A DNA stretch of 64,000 nt from the human T2T-CHM13v2.0 reference genome, Homo sapiens (GCA_009914755.4 CP068257.2:26976001-27040000), one strand, 5' to 3'. Shown: positions 1-13,870, numbered from the stretch's first letter. Notes: generated by a model not told the origin, from the sequence alone. Translations and numbers: made by a program.

Positions 1-235
1 CAATAGCTGCAAAAATAAAAAATAAAATACTTGGTAATATACTTAATCAAGGAAGTGAAAGACGTCTACAGGGAAAACTACGAAACACTGATGAAAGACA
101 TCATAGATGACACAAACATATAGAAACATATCCCATGCTCATAGATGGGTAGAATCAATATTGTGAAAATGACCATACTGCCAAAAGCAATCTACAAATT
201 TAATGCAATTCAAATGCCCATCAATTAACAAGTGG
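1..235 (+). mobile_element. Old L1 (L1M/L1PB-like) ORF2 fragment, truncated at both ends
   Basis: Recognisable but diverged match to the L1 ORF2 reverse-transcriptase/thumb region (…catcccatgctcatagatgggtagaatcaatattgtgaaaatgaccatactgccaaaagcaatctacaaatttaatgcaat…). No intact ORF. Confidence 0.6.
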
Positions 236-247
236 ATGAAGAAATGT

Positions 248-340
248 GATAGATACATAGATAGATAGAAAGATAGATAGATAGATAGATAGACAGATCT
301 ACAGATAGATAGATACCTAAATATATATATATATTATATA
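248..340. repeat. (GATA)n tetranucleotide microsatellite with interruptions (GACA, GAAA), followed by a short (TA)n run
   Basis: gatagatacatagatagatagaaagatagatagatagatagatagacagatctacagatagatagatacc, then atatatatatatattatata. Confidence 0.9.
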
Positions 341-790
341 CAAAATGAGTGCAAGCTATGTGACTGTACATAATATGTATCTGTATGTATATATAGCACA
401 GAAACCACAGAGTGGCTTGTATACTGGTGGACCTGAAGTGGTACACATGATCGGGGTGACTTCCAGCAAATTTTGACTCTAGAATCAAGAACTTCTATAT
501 TTGCTGATACCTCCCTCCATAATGTAACTGTGACTGTACATAGCTTGCACTCATTTTAGCCAGCAGCAAAAAGCTTAGTCAAAATAAAGAAACTTTTCAA
601 AGTTCAAAGAGAAAAATCAATTAAATAAAATAAAATAGGATACCATCAGAATTCCCACACTATAGATGGGGAAACCATTGTATAGAGAGATTAAATAACT
701 TTTTCAAATTACCCACCAGCAAAAGTATTTGCCTTGTCTTCTCAGGATCCTCACTATTATGGTAGCCTTCTCTCCTTTCTTTCTGCATAT

Positions 791-792
<2 letters not shown>

Positions 793-822
<30 letters not shown>
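793..822. repeat. poly(T) homopolymer, about 30 nt
   Basis: Uninterrupted T run. No recognisable retroelement body on either side, so called a simple repeat. Confidence 0.85.
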
Positions 823-824
<2 letters not shown>

Positions 825-2457
825 CCTTAACCAAAACCAGGACCTATCTAACAATATAATTAATTCACTAAAAAGAGTCAGGCCAAGTCATTTAGCTTAA
901 TGTGTCACATTTCCAAGATAGCATTTGTATTAAATAAAGACCTTAAGTGTTTTAAAAGAAAAAAAAAGAAATGGAGTTAAACATGTAAGAAATGTCCTCA
1001 AATCTAAGTTGCAGTACTCCTACACTGATGAAGCTTGCTGACTAGGACTTACATTTCCATTGTAAAGCATCATTATAAAAGTGCACTTTCTTCAGGGAAA
1101 AAGATACCCATGACTTTCTCCCACGGGTCAAGTGCAGTGCTATGTTTTCTTCACTGTGGGAATATTTTCTAGAAGCAGCAACAAACCAATGCCTGTCTCT
1201 TGCATACATATTATGAGGCCCTATTGCAGCAATGCATGTCAATTTGAATAAAGTTTATAATTCCTTTCCCTCTCTTTTCCTCCCCCATCTCCATCCAGGA
1301 ATTGAATTTACAATCATGGTGCAATATACAAAACTTTCTAACCATGGTAGGTAATTGAGTGAGAAAAGATGAATTACATATAGTTTACAAAATTAGAACT
1401 ACCTAAGATGTCTATTCTTTTCTGTGAACATATATATCCTTTACACTAGACTGATATTCTTATAATCTGGTGGGTTTTTTTTTAAGTTTCTATGGTACGG
1501 CTTTTAAATTTTTCTTCAACTCTTCACTATGGAGCATAATGTTAGTTAGGATTACTTTTGATAATTCACTCTACTGGTTTTCATACATTAAAAAAAAAAC
1601 ATATTGAAACCTGTCCATCAGACATTTTGCAATTTAACAAAACTTTGAAATAAAAAGCTTTCCAGAAGTTTTCAGAGTGAAAAATATGATCAAATAGTGT
1701 AAGCCAAAGCCAAGATTTCAACTTGAGACTTCGCCATTTTCTTGGACTCTACGGCTATTAAGAAAAACATGGTAGGCAATTTGTAAAACTAAATGACATT
1801 TTTTGGAAGAAAAAGTCCTTATATAAATTAGATTACAGTGACATTTTGCTGACATATGAACCACTAGAATATGGAATTTAATAGATGACATCTGATTCAA
1901 ATCCTATCCAAGAAGTGTGTTACCGGAAGTAGCACAAACGCCTCCACATGGCATATGGCACAGGCTCACCTAGAGAATTCGCTAACACAGCAGCCTCTAA
2001 GGACAGCACAAAAGTGGTTCTCTTTTTGAGTTTCAAAACCCTTCAGAGCATTGAGTGATATTTTTCAATCTTGTAAGCATTGCTTTTTCAGTGAGGCCTT
2101 TTCCCACTCTATATAAAATTCCATAACCCCTTCCTAATCTCTGAACGTTTCTCTGGAATGCATGGTTCAGAATGCCTCTTCTTGTCTACAGGGACAGAAT
2201 TTCTTAACTGCAAAGTAGGAATGTCCCAGCATGGTGAGATACAAGGGTGATATGGGTGGCTTCTCCCTTTCCTCATTTATTAATAAAACTGACTCTTATT
2301 TGTCTGCAAATAAGGGAAGAATTTAATTTCCCACTGCATTCAAATGATTCTTAGAAAGATCTGTAGTTCATGACCCTGAATGAAGCAGGAAGACGCAGGG
2401 AGTAAGATGCTGGAAGGAAGAAAGGAATAAGAAAGAAATACATTCTTCGGGGTTTTA

Positions 2458-2600
2458 CTAGGGTCGTCTCTCTCTTTCCCATTTCCTTTCCTCCCTCCTT
2501 CCCCTTTTCCCCCTCCTCCTCTTCCTTCTCTTCCTTCTTCTTTTCCTCTCTCTGTCTCTCTGTCTCTGTCGCTGTCTCTCTCTCTCTCTCTCTTCCCCAC
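2458..2600. repeat. Polypyrimidine (CT/CCTT/CTGT-rich) low-complexity tract on + strand
   Basis: …ctctctctttcccatttcctttcctccctccttcccc…ctctctgtctctctgtctctgtcgctgtctctctctctctctctc… Generates the spurious R/E/K-rich ORFs at 2340-2668. Confidence 0.85.
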
Positions 2601-4964
2601 AAACCCCCACCTCCGAGAATGATAATGAGATTAGACCACAGGACCAGCAGAGAGGAATGTTGAGTCACAGAGCTGGAGTCATAAGCACACCAGCATGAGG
2701 ACCAAAAAGTCAGGAATGAACTGAGCTTTCAGATTCTGCTCATTACAATAAATTCTTGCCAAAAAAATAAAAATAAAAAGTGTAGATTTTATTTCCCTTC
2801 TGGTTATTTCAAAACCAGGAGGAGGGGCACTTTTCTTTGGTCCCTTGTTTAAATCTTGTACTGGAAAACCCAAAGTGAAATCACTAGAACTACAGTCCAT
2901 ATGGTATGGAATGCCATGTTTGTCTGCCTTCCACAAGGCTAGAATTTTATTTGTTAATGCATTATAATTAGGTTCAAAATGGAAAGGCTTAACGATTGCT
3001 TTCATATTTTTAATGCTAGATGTTATACAGGAACTAGTGCAGTGATCTCCAGAGTGGGGTAGATAAATCACAGGAAGTCTAAGATAGCCCACTGAGGTAT
3101 GAAAACAAGTCAAAAGTTATGCTGATTTTTATAACAAGAAGAAAAAAATAATCATAACTAATATTTAAAGTACAAATAATGGCATCTTCACTAGGTCCAT
3201 ATATCAAGTGCCACTCATCATGTTTAGTACATGGGCTCTCCAGAGGGAACATTTTGTAATAAACAGGGGTTGACAGTGGAAGCTTCAGTCACTGATCACT
3301 TTCAGCTTGCAGATCAAATTGTCTAGACATAATTTCTCTAATCCTCAAAAAGTAGCTTTAAAAGATTTTTCAAGGCTGAAGATAGTGCTAATAATATAAG
3401 CAACAAGGAAATGTAGAACTAACTCTTCTGCTTTGGGGAGAGGTTCTTCGCTAATCACATCATGAGATTTTGAAAAACAATGGCAATTTTCATCAGATAT
3501 GACAAGACTTGCCATTGAAACAATAAAAAAATTATTGGAAATATGGACTTATATCCAGCAGTATTGAGAATGAACCGTGCCTAAAATGTATGAGCTAAAG
3601 ATAATTTTTAAAAATTAGTCTTGTTTGAAAAGTTATGAATTTTTATGTAAAGTCTTATTCTAATAAAATATTAGATTTTTAAGAAACTGTAGTTTTTTTA
3701 AATTCTATTACCTGCAAAATTCTCTCTAAAACTTCCCTGACACATGAAAAATTCCTGTGCTGAAATGCTAGCCTACGCCATTGTAGGAAAGCTCAAAATT
3801 ATCAGAAAATTCTTCTTTTAACAAGTTGGATACTGTGTTCTTGTAATTTGTTTTTCTATTTCCTAGTCATTTAAATATTTTCCAGATTGAATATTGCCAG
3901 TTCCTATCCTACAAGTACCATTTGTATACCCTTTGCTATTCTAGTTTCTCATTTGTGGATGGATTCCAGTTTCTCTCTCTCCAACTCAAAAAACTCAACA
4001 CATCACTCAGGATTGGATCTAACCATCGTGGCAGGCAATCAAATAATTGTCATTCTTGCTCAGTTACTTCACTAATATTAAATAAGAAACCATCAGGTAC
4101 CAAGCACTTTTTAAGGCACTGAGGCACAGTGATACAAAGTATATAAAGTCTTGCTATGATAGAGCTTAGGCTCCAGTGAGCTGGCCACAGACAATTAGTT
4201 GGTAAGGGAAAAAAATAAATAAATAAACAAGAAAAATAAGACTTAGACATAGAAGCCAGACAGTGAAGTACAACAAGGCAATAGGTCAGAGAGCGACTTG
4301 GTGGCTAATTTGAATTGGGTGGTCTGGAATAGCCTTGCTGAGGAAGGTTACATGTATATGAAGATCTAGAAGAACCTTCCACACAGAGGCACAGCCAATG
4401 CCAAGGCCCTAAGATGGGAAGCAGTTTAGCATTGAGAAACTGAAGCACATCTGGCAGGGCTGGAGTAGAGGGAGGCAGGGAGAACAGTGCAAAATGAGAC
4501 TGGAGATGCAAACAAGGACCAAATAATGAAAGACCTTGCATGACATGCTAAGATTATGTTATTTTGTGCTGATTTCATACTGAAGTCCCTTAATGGTGTC
4601 AGTATCAAATCTCTCACTGCTTCCCTTTCACACCTCATAAGTACTTACTGCTAATCAGCCAACCATTGCTGTAAGCTCTCAGACTGCCACCTCTAGTCAC
4701 AATACTATGAGTTCTCTCAGCTCTACAAAGCATTGGCCATTGCCGCATGGAGAGATGCATATAAAAGTTGTCTCTTCACAATCCAAACAATCTGCTGATT
4801 CTTCCTACCTTAGCAGCTCATGATATGGCACTTTGTGTTCAGTGCCTGGACAAAATAATATTTCTAAAGGTCATAAATTAAAATTGTAAGCTATTCCTGG
4901 AAACAGCAAAATAAGAATGCTTGATTCATCTCTAATATTATGGTACTTGGTATTCTTGACTGCC

Positions 4965-5262
4965 TTTTTTTTTTTTTTAAGACAGAGTCTCATTCCCGTC
5001 ACCCAGGCTGGAGTGCAGTGGCATGATCATGGCTTACTGCAGCCTCGACTTCCTAGGCTCAGGTGGCCTCCCACCATACCCTCCTGAGTAGCTGGGACTA
5101 CAGGCATATGCCATCAAGCCTGGCTAATTTTTGTACTGTTTGTAAAGATGGAGTTTCACTATGTTGCCCAGGCTGGTCTCAAACCCCTGGGCACAAGTGA
5201 TCCTCTTACCTCAAACTCCCAAAGGGCTGAGGTTACAGGTGTGAGCCACCACGCCCAGCCTT
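4965..5262 (-). mobile_element. Alu SINE (full length, minus orientation)
   Basis: Begins with poly-T (the tail on the minus strand), then gagacagagtctc…gcccaggctggagtgcagtgg…cctcccaaag…gtgagccaccacgcccagcc. Likely TSD cttgactg/cttggctg. Confidence 0.9.
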
Positions 5263-7205
5263 GGCTGTTTTAAAGATTAAAAGAATAACAAGACAAACAG
5301 AATCAAGAGCTATCAAAATTAGGATAAGAATTTAAAATTAATAATATGAGTGGTACAATAAGCATATTTAAATTACTTCTCCTTGAAATGCGACTTAAGA
5401 ATTTCAAATCCCTCATAGCTTCTTCCTCTGTGACCTTACTTTTCAAAGTAAAATGTTCAGGTTTTCATGACTTACAACTGTATATTCACAAAAACAAATA
5501 TGTTTTTTGCTTGAACTTACAAAAGGAATTTTCTGGCCTATTTTCTTGTAATTACCATGCACTTAATCTTTGATTAATGGCTCATATGTTGACACATAGT
5601 TCATAGTTTATTTTACACTTCTAAATCATTCTCTACTATAAATAAAAGATTTGTGTCAAAACTACACTTGGAAATTTTATTTTGAATTGATTATTAAAGC
5701 AAAGCTAAGTCCACTAGTAAAATATTGTTGAATCACAGGTGAACCTCATTTAACTGTATATTTTGGATTGATCTCCTTCTTCTTAAAAATTACCATGTAA
5801 ATTGATATCGTTGAAAAACAATTAGAAACAGATTTATAATCTGTCAATGATCCTATACAACACTCTCCTATAACTCATCCTTGCACACATGAACACATAT
5901 CCTAAGGTACTTTTACTTTTTGACAGTACATTGGCACACAGCTCGCTCAATACTAATGATCACTTTTTACACTTATTAGTGTGACTGTGGAAAATTAACA
6001 TTCAAGTTTATATGTAATAATAAACTAACTTTTGATGGAGTATTCCATGTACATTGGTCGTTATGAACTGAATTGTGTCTACTAAAAAAATTCATGTAAA
6101 GTCCAACCCCTGGTACCTCACCGTATGACTGTATTTGGAGAGAGGGTCTTTACAAAAGCTATGAAGTTAAAATTAGGTCACTAGGGTAGGCCTTAACTTA
6201 ATATGATTGGTGTACTTATAAGAAAAGGAAGTTTAGACACTGACATGTACAGAGGGAAGATAATATGAAGACACAGGGAGAAGACGGCCATCTACATGCC
6301 AAGGAGAGAAGCCTGGAGTGGATTCTTCCCTCGCAGCCCTCAGAAGGAAACAATCTTGTCAATATCTGGATTTTGAACTCCTAGCATTCAGAGCTTGGAG
6401 ACGATACATGACTATTGTTACAGCAACCCTAGCAAACTAATACACTGGCTTATAACAAAGAGTCTGCAAAAATTAGAGACAGCTCATATAATTTTGTGCC
6501 TTATGAGAAGTTATTTTCTGGCAATATATCTTTAAGAGAACATGAAGTAAATACCATAAGGTGACATAAAGGCTTTGAAATAACAAATTAAAGCCAAAGC
6601 AAATTTACTGCCTTTTTGTAAATGGGATTTACTTTCACCAAATCTCATGGTCCTATAAAAGATGACATTTGTGAAGCATTCATTTTACCACCCATTGGCA
6701 CTTCTCACAAAGATACTAAAATAAACTGGTAAAACAGCTCTTAGTCTTTTCTAGGCATTGGCTACCATTAAAATCTTCATTTTATTTCTGCTCTTCTTTA
6801 ACATACCTTCTTTTAGAGTCCTTTAAAAAAATTGTTTGGAGAGACTGCATTTTTGTTACAAAAGGACTGAATAGAAGAACTATTGATTCAGTGCTTTCCT
6901 TTCTTCTCCACTGTCAACAATAATTGATGTTCCTATTGAAGTGATATGGTTTCAATTTGGGTTTGGGTTGCTAAGGACTAAGGATAGCATGCAAATCAAT
7001 AGAAGATTAAGGAACTATTGTTCCCACAAACCATAATCTGAGATAAACACCACATGACTTCGTAAATCTAAGGAAATGTCTCTTAAAACTCTAATGCCAG
7101 GAGATTTTGGGCTGACATGATGGGATTTTCTAAATATACAATCATGTCATCTGCAAACAGAAACAATTTGACTTCCACTCATGCTATTTGAATACCCTTT
7201 ATTTA

Positions 7206-7450
<245 letters not shown>

Positions 7451-7715
7451 TCACAAAATGAGTTAGGGAGGAGTCCCGCTTTTTCTATTTTTTGGAATAG
7501 TTTAAGAAGGAATGGTACTAGCTCCTCTTTGGACCTCTGGTAGAATTTGGCTGTGAATCCGTCTGGTCCTGGGCTTTTTTTGGTTGGTAGGCTATTAATT
7601 ACTGCCTCAATTTTAGAACTTGTTATTGGTCTATTCAGGGATTTGACTTCTTCCTGGTTTAGTCTTGGAGGGTGTATGTGTCCAGGAATTTATCCATTTC
7701 CTCTAGATTTTCTAG

Positions 7716-8135
<420 letters not shown>

Positions 8136-8632
8136 TCTTTTCTTCTTTAGTAGTCTGGCTAGTGGTCTATCTAGTTGGTTAATCTTTTCAAAAAACCAGC
8201 TCCTGGAATCATTGATTTTTTTGAAGCATTTTTTGTGTGTCTATCTTAGTTATTTCTTGTCTTCTGCTAGCTTTTGAATTTGTTTTCTCTTGCTTCTCTA
8301 GTTCTTTTCATTGTGATGTTAGGGTGTCGATTTTAGATCTTTCCCTCTTTCTCCTGTGGGCATTTAGTGCTATAAATTTCCCTCTAAACACTGTGTTAGC
8401 TGTGTCCCAGAGATTCTGGTACATTATGTCTTTGTTCTCATTGGTTTCAAAAAACTTATTTATTTCTGCCTTAATTTCATTATTTACCCAGTAGTCATCC
8501 AGGAGCAGGTTGTTCAGTTTCCGTGTAGTTGTGTGGTTTTCAGTGAGTTTCTTAATCCTGAGTTCTAATTTAAATCTGGGTGTTCCTATATTGGGTGTAT
8601 ATATATTTAGGACAGTTATCTCGTCTTGTTGC

Positions 8633-9065
8633 TGTTTCACGCGTCCGTGTGAAGAGACCACCAAACAGGCTTTGTGTGAGCAACATGGCTGTTTATTTCA
8701 CCTGGGTGCAGGCGGGCTGAGTCCAAAAAAGGAGTCAGCAAAGGGTGGTGGGATTATCATTGGTTCTTATAGGTGTTGGGATAGGCGGTGGAATTAAGAG
8801 CAATGTTTTGGGGGCAGGGGGTGGATCTCACAAAGTACATTCTCAAGGGTGGGGAGAATTACAAAGAACCTTCTTAAGGGTGGGAGAGATTACAAAGTAT
8901 ATTGATCAGTTAGGTTGGGGCAGAAATAAATCACAATGGTGGAATGTCATCAGTTAAGGCTGTTTTCACTTTTTTTGTGGATCTTCAGTTGCTTCAGGCC
9001 ATCTGGATGTATATGTGCAGGTCACTGGGGATATGATGGCTTAGCTTGGGCTCAGGGGCCTGACA
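8633..9065 (-). mobile_element. Solo LTR7-family (HERV-H) LTR nested in the inverted L1 arm
   Basis: The + strand reads tgtttcacgcgtccgtgtgaagagaccaccaaacaggctttgtgtgagcaacatggctgtttatttcacctgggtgcaggcgggctgagtcc … ggcttagcttgggctcaggggcctgaca. This is the reverse complement of the LTR7 consensus (tgtcaggcctctgagcccaagc … cagcccgcctgcacccaggtgaaataaacagccatgttgctcacacaaagcctgtttggtggtctcttcacacggacgcgcatgaaaca). It interrupts L1 exactly between …tcttgttg and attgatccctttaccattatgtaa. Candidate 5-bp TSD gttgc (8628-8632) / gctgc (9066-9070). Confidence 0.8.
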
Positions 9066-9253
9066 GCTGCATTGATCCCTTTACCATTATGTAACGCCCT
9101 TCTTCGTCTTTTTTTATCTTTGTTGGTTTAAAGTCTGTTTTATCAGAAACTAGGATTGCAAGCCCTGCTTTTTTTTGCTTTCCATTTGCTTGGTAAATAT
9201 TCCTCCATCCCTTCATTTTGAGCCTATGTATGTCTTTGCACGTGAGATGGGTC

Positions 9254-11153
9254 AGCCCAAAATCTCCTTAAACTAATAAGCAGCTTCAGCAAAGTCTCAG
9301 GATACAAAATCAATGTGCAAAAATTACAAGCATTCCTATACACCAATTACAGACAAACAGAGAACCAAATCATAAATGAACTTCCATTCACAATTGCTAC
9401 AAAAAGAATAAAATACCTAGGAATACAACTTACAACAGATGTGAAGAAACTCTTCAAGGAGAACTACAAACCACTGCTCAACGAAATAAGAGAGAACACA
9501 AACAAATGGAAAAACATTCCATGCTCATGGATAGGAAGAATCAATATCATGAAAATGGCCATACTACCCAAAGTAATTTATACATTCAATGCTATCCCCA
9601 TCAAGTTACCATTGACTTTCTTCACAGAATTAGAAGAAACTACTTTATATTTCATATGGAACCAAAAAAGAGCCCATATAGCCAAGACAATCCTAAGCAA
9701 AAAGAACGAAGCTGGAGGCATCACACTACCTGACTTCAAACTATACTACAAGTCTACAGTAACCAAAACAGCATGGTACTAGTACCAAAACAGATATATA
9801 TAGAAAATGGAACAGAACAGAGGCCTCAGAAATAATACCACACATCAACAACCATCTGATCTTTGACAAACCTGACAAAAACAAGCAATGGGAAAAGGAT
9901 TCCCTATTTAATAAATGGTGCTGGGAAAACTGGCTAGCCATATGATGCAGAATACTGAAACTGGGCCCCTTCTTTACACCTTATACAAAAATTAACTCAA
10001 GATGGATTAAAGACTTAAACGTAAGACCTAAAACCCTAAAAACTCTAGAAGAAAACCTAGGCAATACCATTCAGGACATAGGCATGGGCAAAGACTTCAA
10101 GACTAAAACATAAAAAGCAACGGCAACAAAAGTCAAAATTGACAAATGGGATCGAATGAAACTAAAGAGCTTCTACACAGCAAAAGAAACTATCATCAGA
10201 GTGAAGAGGCAACCTACAGGATGAGAGAACATTTGTGCAATCTATCCATCTGACAAAAGGCCTTGTAGATCCTTCAGAATCTACAAGGAACTTAAACAAA
10301 TTTACAAGAAAAAAACAACCCCATCAAAAGTGGGCGAGGACATGAACAGACACTTCTCAAAAGAAGAAATTTATGTTGCCAAAAAACATATGAAAAAAAC
10401 TCATCATCACTGGTCATTAGGGAAATGCAAATCAAAACCACAATGAGATGTCATCTCATGACAGTTAGAATAGCGATCATTAAAAAGTGAGGAAACAACA
10501 GATGCTGGAGAGGATGTGGAGAAATGGGAATGCTTTTACACTGTTGGTGGGAGTACAAATTAGTTCAACCATTGTGGAAGACAGTGTGACAATTCCTCAA
10601 GGATCTAAAACCAGAAATATCATTTCACCCAGCAATCCCATTACTGGGTGTATACCCAAAGGATTGCAAACCATTCTACTACAAAGACACATGCACACAT
10701 ATGTTTATTACAGCACTGTTCACAATAGCAAAGACTTGGAACCAACCCAAATGCCCATCAGTGATGGACTGGATAAAGAAAATATAGCACATATACACCA
10801 TGGAATATTATGTAGCCATAAAAAAGGATGAGTTCATGTCCTTTGAGGGACATGGATGAAGCTGGAAACCATCATTCTCAGCAAACTCACACAGGAACAG
10901 AAAACCAAACACCGCATGTTCTCACTCATGAGTGGGAGTTGAACAGTGAGAACACATGGACACAGGGAGGGGAACATCACACACTGGGGCCTGTAGGAGG
11001 GCTAAGGGGCTAGGAGAGGGATAGCATTATGAGAAATACCTAATGTATATGACGGGTTGATGGTGCAGCAAACCACCATGGCACGTGTATACCTATGTAA
11101 CAAACCTGCACGTTCTGCACATGTATCCCAGAACTTAAAGTATTAAAAAAAAA
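9254..11153 (+). mobile_element. L1 (L1PA-type, intermediate age) direct 3' arm: ORF2 mid-RT domain through the 3'UTR and poly-A
   Basis: agcccaaaatctccttaaactaataagcagcttcagcaaagtctcaggatacaaaatcaatgtgcaaaaa… through …aacaaacctgcacgttctgcacatgtatcccagaacttaaagtattaaaaaaaaa. ORFs 9315-9782 and 10487-10831 are ORF2 remnants. The downstream TSD aaactcaaatgcca lies at 11151-11164. Confidence 0.9.
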
Positions 11154-12611
11154 CTCAAATGCCAATTTGCGGTGTCAAGCAAATGCCAGCAGTTTCAGAC
11201 TCATGAGTAAGGAAAAACTAGAAGGCTGTAAAACTGAGAAAGAAGTTATTGTCTTATCAGCAAAACAATTTTAATGTGTGTTCTGTTAGCTGTATAAACT
11301 GGAATGTATGAGCCATTTTTCAAAAAGAAAGAAACAACAACAAAGTTCATTTCTAGTCTTTGTAATACCAGAAGCACAGAGAAAAAATTACATTCAGATT
11401 TTGTCCAGAATTTTAGAGAAAGTTTATGCTCACATCCACTATGGGAATTTTGAACGCTAAAGCAAAGTAGCCTCTCCTCTCCATTGAGAAGTCCCATCAT
11501 CCTATCCATAAAATTGGTAATTAGACACAGTTCTAAGTCAATCACTTCTCTCCGTAATACATACGAAGTGACATTCTTCTATTCCTATCTAAAACAAAGG
11601 TTAAGAGAATGAGGATAAAAACAGAGTTGTGGGTTCTGTTTGCTGCTGTCATCGAAGGGGAATATTCACCTAGTCAGAAGAGGGTGGCAGCAGTGGAATT
11701 TAGGGCATGATGACACCCACAGTCATGTGTCTGGTCCCATCACTGTCCTAAGACAATAGTCTGTTTTGTATCAGGCTCAAGTCAAGTGACTATGATTATT
11801 TGGGATCTAGAGACTCTAGAGAAGGACCCTGGAAAGATCTGAGAAGAATATCAAGTTCCTGGCTTAATGGGCTGGAATATGGAACCAGGCACAGAGAGGA
11901 CTAGGAACACTAATCAGGAACCCAAGGCAGAAAGCCAGATCACCAGCTGAACAAACAAGGTAGCCTGTCTACACCTGAGGCACTCACACTTACTCATGAT
12001 TCTGAGCAACTACACCAAGCACCAAAGAGGTCAGCTGCAGACCTAGGCCTAGGCGAGGCTTCTCCTGTATTAAGCAGAATGAGCTAATAGATGTCAAGGC
12101 TCAGCCAAACTAGGGATGAAAGGCAGAGTGTAAGACTTTTGTCTGGTAGGTGAATAGCTATATTTGCATTTATGCTACTTTGGTTTACTATTAGAACAGG
12201 CCTCGGCCTTTTTACAAATCCTCAGCCTTTTACAAATTGCTAAGTCATGCACCCAACTTACTGAAATCAACTGAGGAAAAGTCACATTATCACTGAGCTC
12301 TGCCCATAGGTCAGTAGAAAATGATAAAAGGAGAGATTAGATGCAAAAACAAACAGGTACATTTTTGCAGAGCTGTCTTGTTTCAAGAATAAAGTTATTT
12401 TAGGAGAAGGATTATTCAAAAATTTTCTATAAAGAAAAAAGCTAGCTATTGCAAAAGATACTTATGGAACTTATATTAAAATAAGCCCAGTAATCAAAAC
12501 ATACTTTTAGAAGATTCTTGAAAATATTACAACAGGTAGGAAGCCTAACACAATCCAGTCTAATCCTTTCATTTTGCTTATGAGAAAACTAAAGTTCAAA
12601 GAGATTATTTT

Positions 12612-12910
12612 TGGTGGCTCATGCCTGGAATCCCAGCACTTCGGGAGGCCAAGGGGGTGGATCACTTGACATCAGGAGTTCGAGACCAGCCTGACCAACA
12701 TGGTGAAACCCCGTCTGTACTAAAAGTACAAAAACATGGTGGTGCATGCCTGTAATCTCAGCTACTCCAGAGGCTGAGGCACAAGAATCACTTGAATCCA
12801 GGAGGTGGAGGTTGCAGTAAGCTGGGACCCGGGGCCATGCCACTGCACTCCAGCCTAGGCCACAGAGCAAGACTCCCTCTAAAAAAACATAAAAATTAAA
12901 AAATTAAAAA
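12612..12910 (+). mobile_element. Alu SINE (+), slightly 5'-truncated, A-rich tail
   Basis: ggtggctcatgcctggaatcccagcacttcgggaggccaagg…gcactccagcctaggccacagagcaagactccctctaaaaaaa…. Confidence 0.9.
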
Positions 12911-13726
12911 AACAGAGACTATTTCTATTACCTTATTTGGCAAGGTAGGTAGATTAAGGTAGATAGGGAATGATACCAGATGGAAATATGGATCTACACG
13001 AGAAAATGAAGATCACCAGAAATGTAACAACAAGGATGAATATATTTATTGAAAATATCCTGTAAAAGAAAGGATTTAAAAAATCATTCTAAGATAAACA
13101 AAAGCTGAAAGAATTTGTCAGCATCAATCTGCACTAGAAGAAATGCTAAAGGCTATTCTCCAAGCTGTAGGAAAAAAATGATATCAAATAGAAACTGAAA
13201 TATACCAGGATTGAAACCCACAGGAAACAGTAAATAACAAATACATTTTTATTGTTGTTCTTATAATTTCCTTAAAAGACAACTGACTATTTAAAGAAAA
13301 AAAAAAGCATTAAATGGTGGACTTTTTATGTTATATGTAAAAGATGGCACAAAGGATGGGTGGAGTAGAAAATAGAATTAAACTATTATGCGGTTATTGC
13401 AATGAGAAGTGTATTAAGTGTAGTTATAGTAAGTGTAAGTGTTAACTAGGAACTATGAAGTGTGAAGTAGTAAACTTTGATAAGTTTTAGGGCTAGAACA
13501 ACTACTAAATATTAATAAAAAGAAGTTTAACTAAGAAGTCAATAGAGCAAATAAAATAAATCCTAAAACAAATTAGTTAATTCATTGTTAAGAAAATGAT
13601 ATGGCAAGCACAGATTGGGAGCAAATATTTGAAATACATATATTCAAAAAGAGCCTATATTACAATACATAAAGAACTCTTACAAGTCAATAATAATAAG
13701 ACAAACAATGCAATAAAGAAAAGACA

Positions 13727-13870
13727 CGCCAGACACAGTGGCTCATACCTGTAATCCCAATGCTTTGGGAGGCCAGGGTGAGAGGATCGCTTAAGACCAG
13801 GTGTTTCACACAGCCTAAGCAACACATCCAGGCCCCATCTCTACATAAACAATAAAATGAAATAAGTTAA
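13727..13870 (+). mobile_element. Free left Alu monomer (FLAM)-like element with A-rich tail
   Basis: cgccagacacagtggctcatacctgtaatcccaatgctttgggaggccagggtgagaggatcgcttaagaccagg… with no right monomer, then an A-rich tail. Confidence 0.5.

Noticed and set aside
793-822. 30-nt poly-T as the poly-A tail of a minus-strand retroposed element
   Set aside because: The sequence to the right (823-960) has no recognisable SINE, L1 or processed-transcript body and no AATAAA at the right distance. It is treated as a simple homopolymer.
8308-10831. ORFs 8308-8664 (-), 9315-9782 (+) and 10487-10831 (+) as candidate protein-coding genes
   Set aside because: They translate to recognisable fragments of L1 ORF2 (endonuclease end, RT thumb and C-terminal Cys-rich region). 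They are disrupted by stops, frameshifts, an Alu and an LTR7. They are retrotransposon pseudo-ORFs, not host genes.
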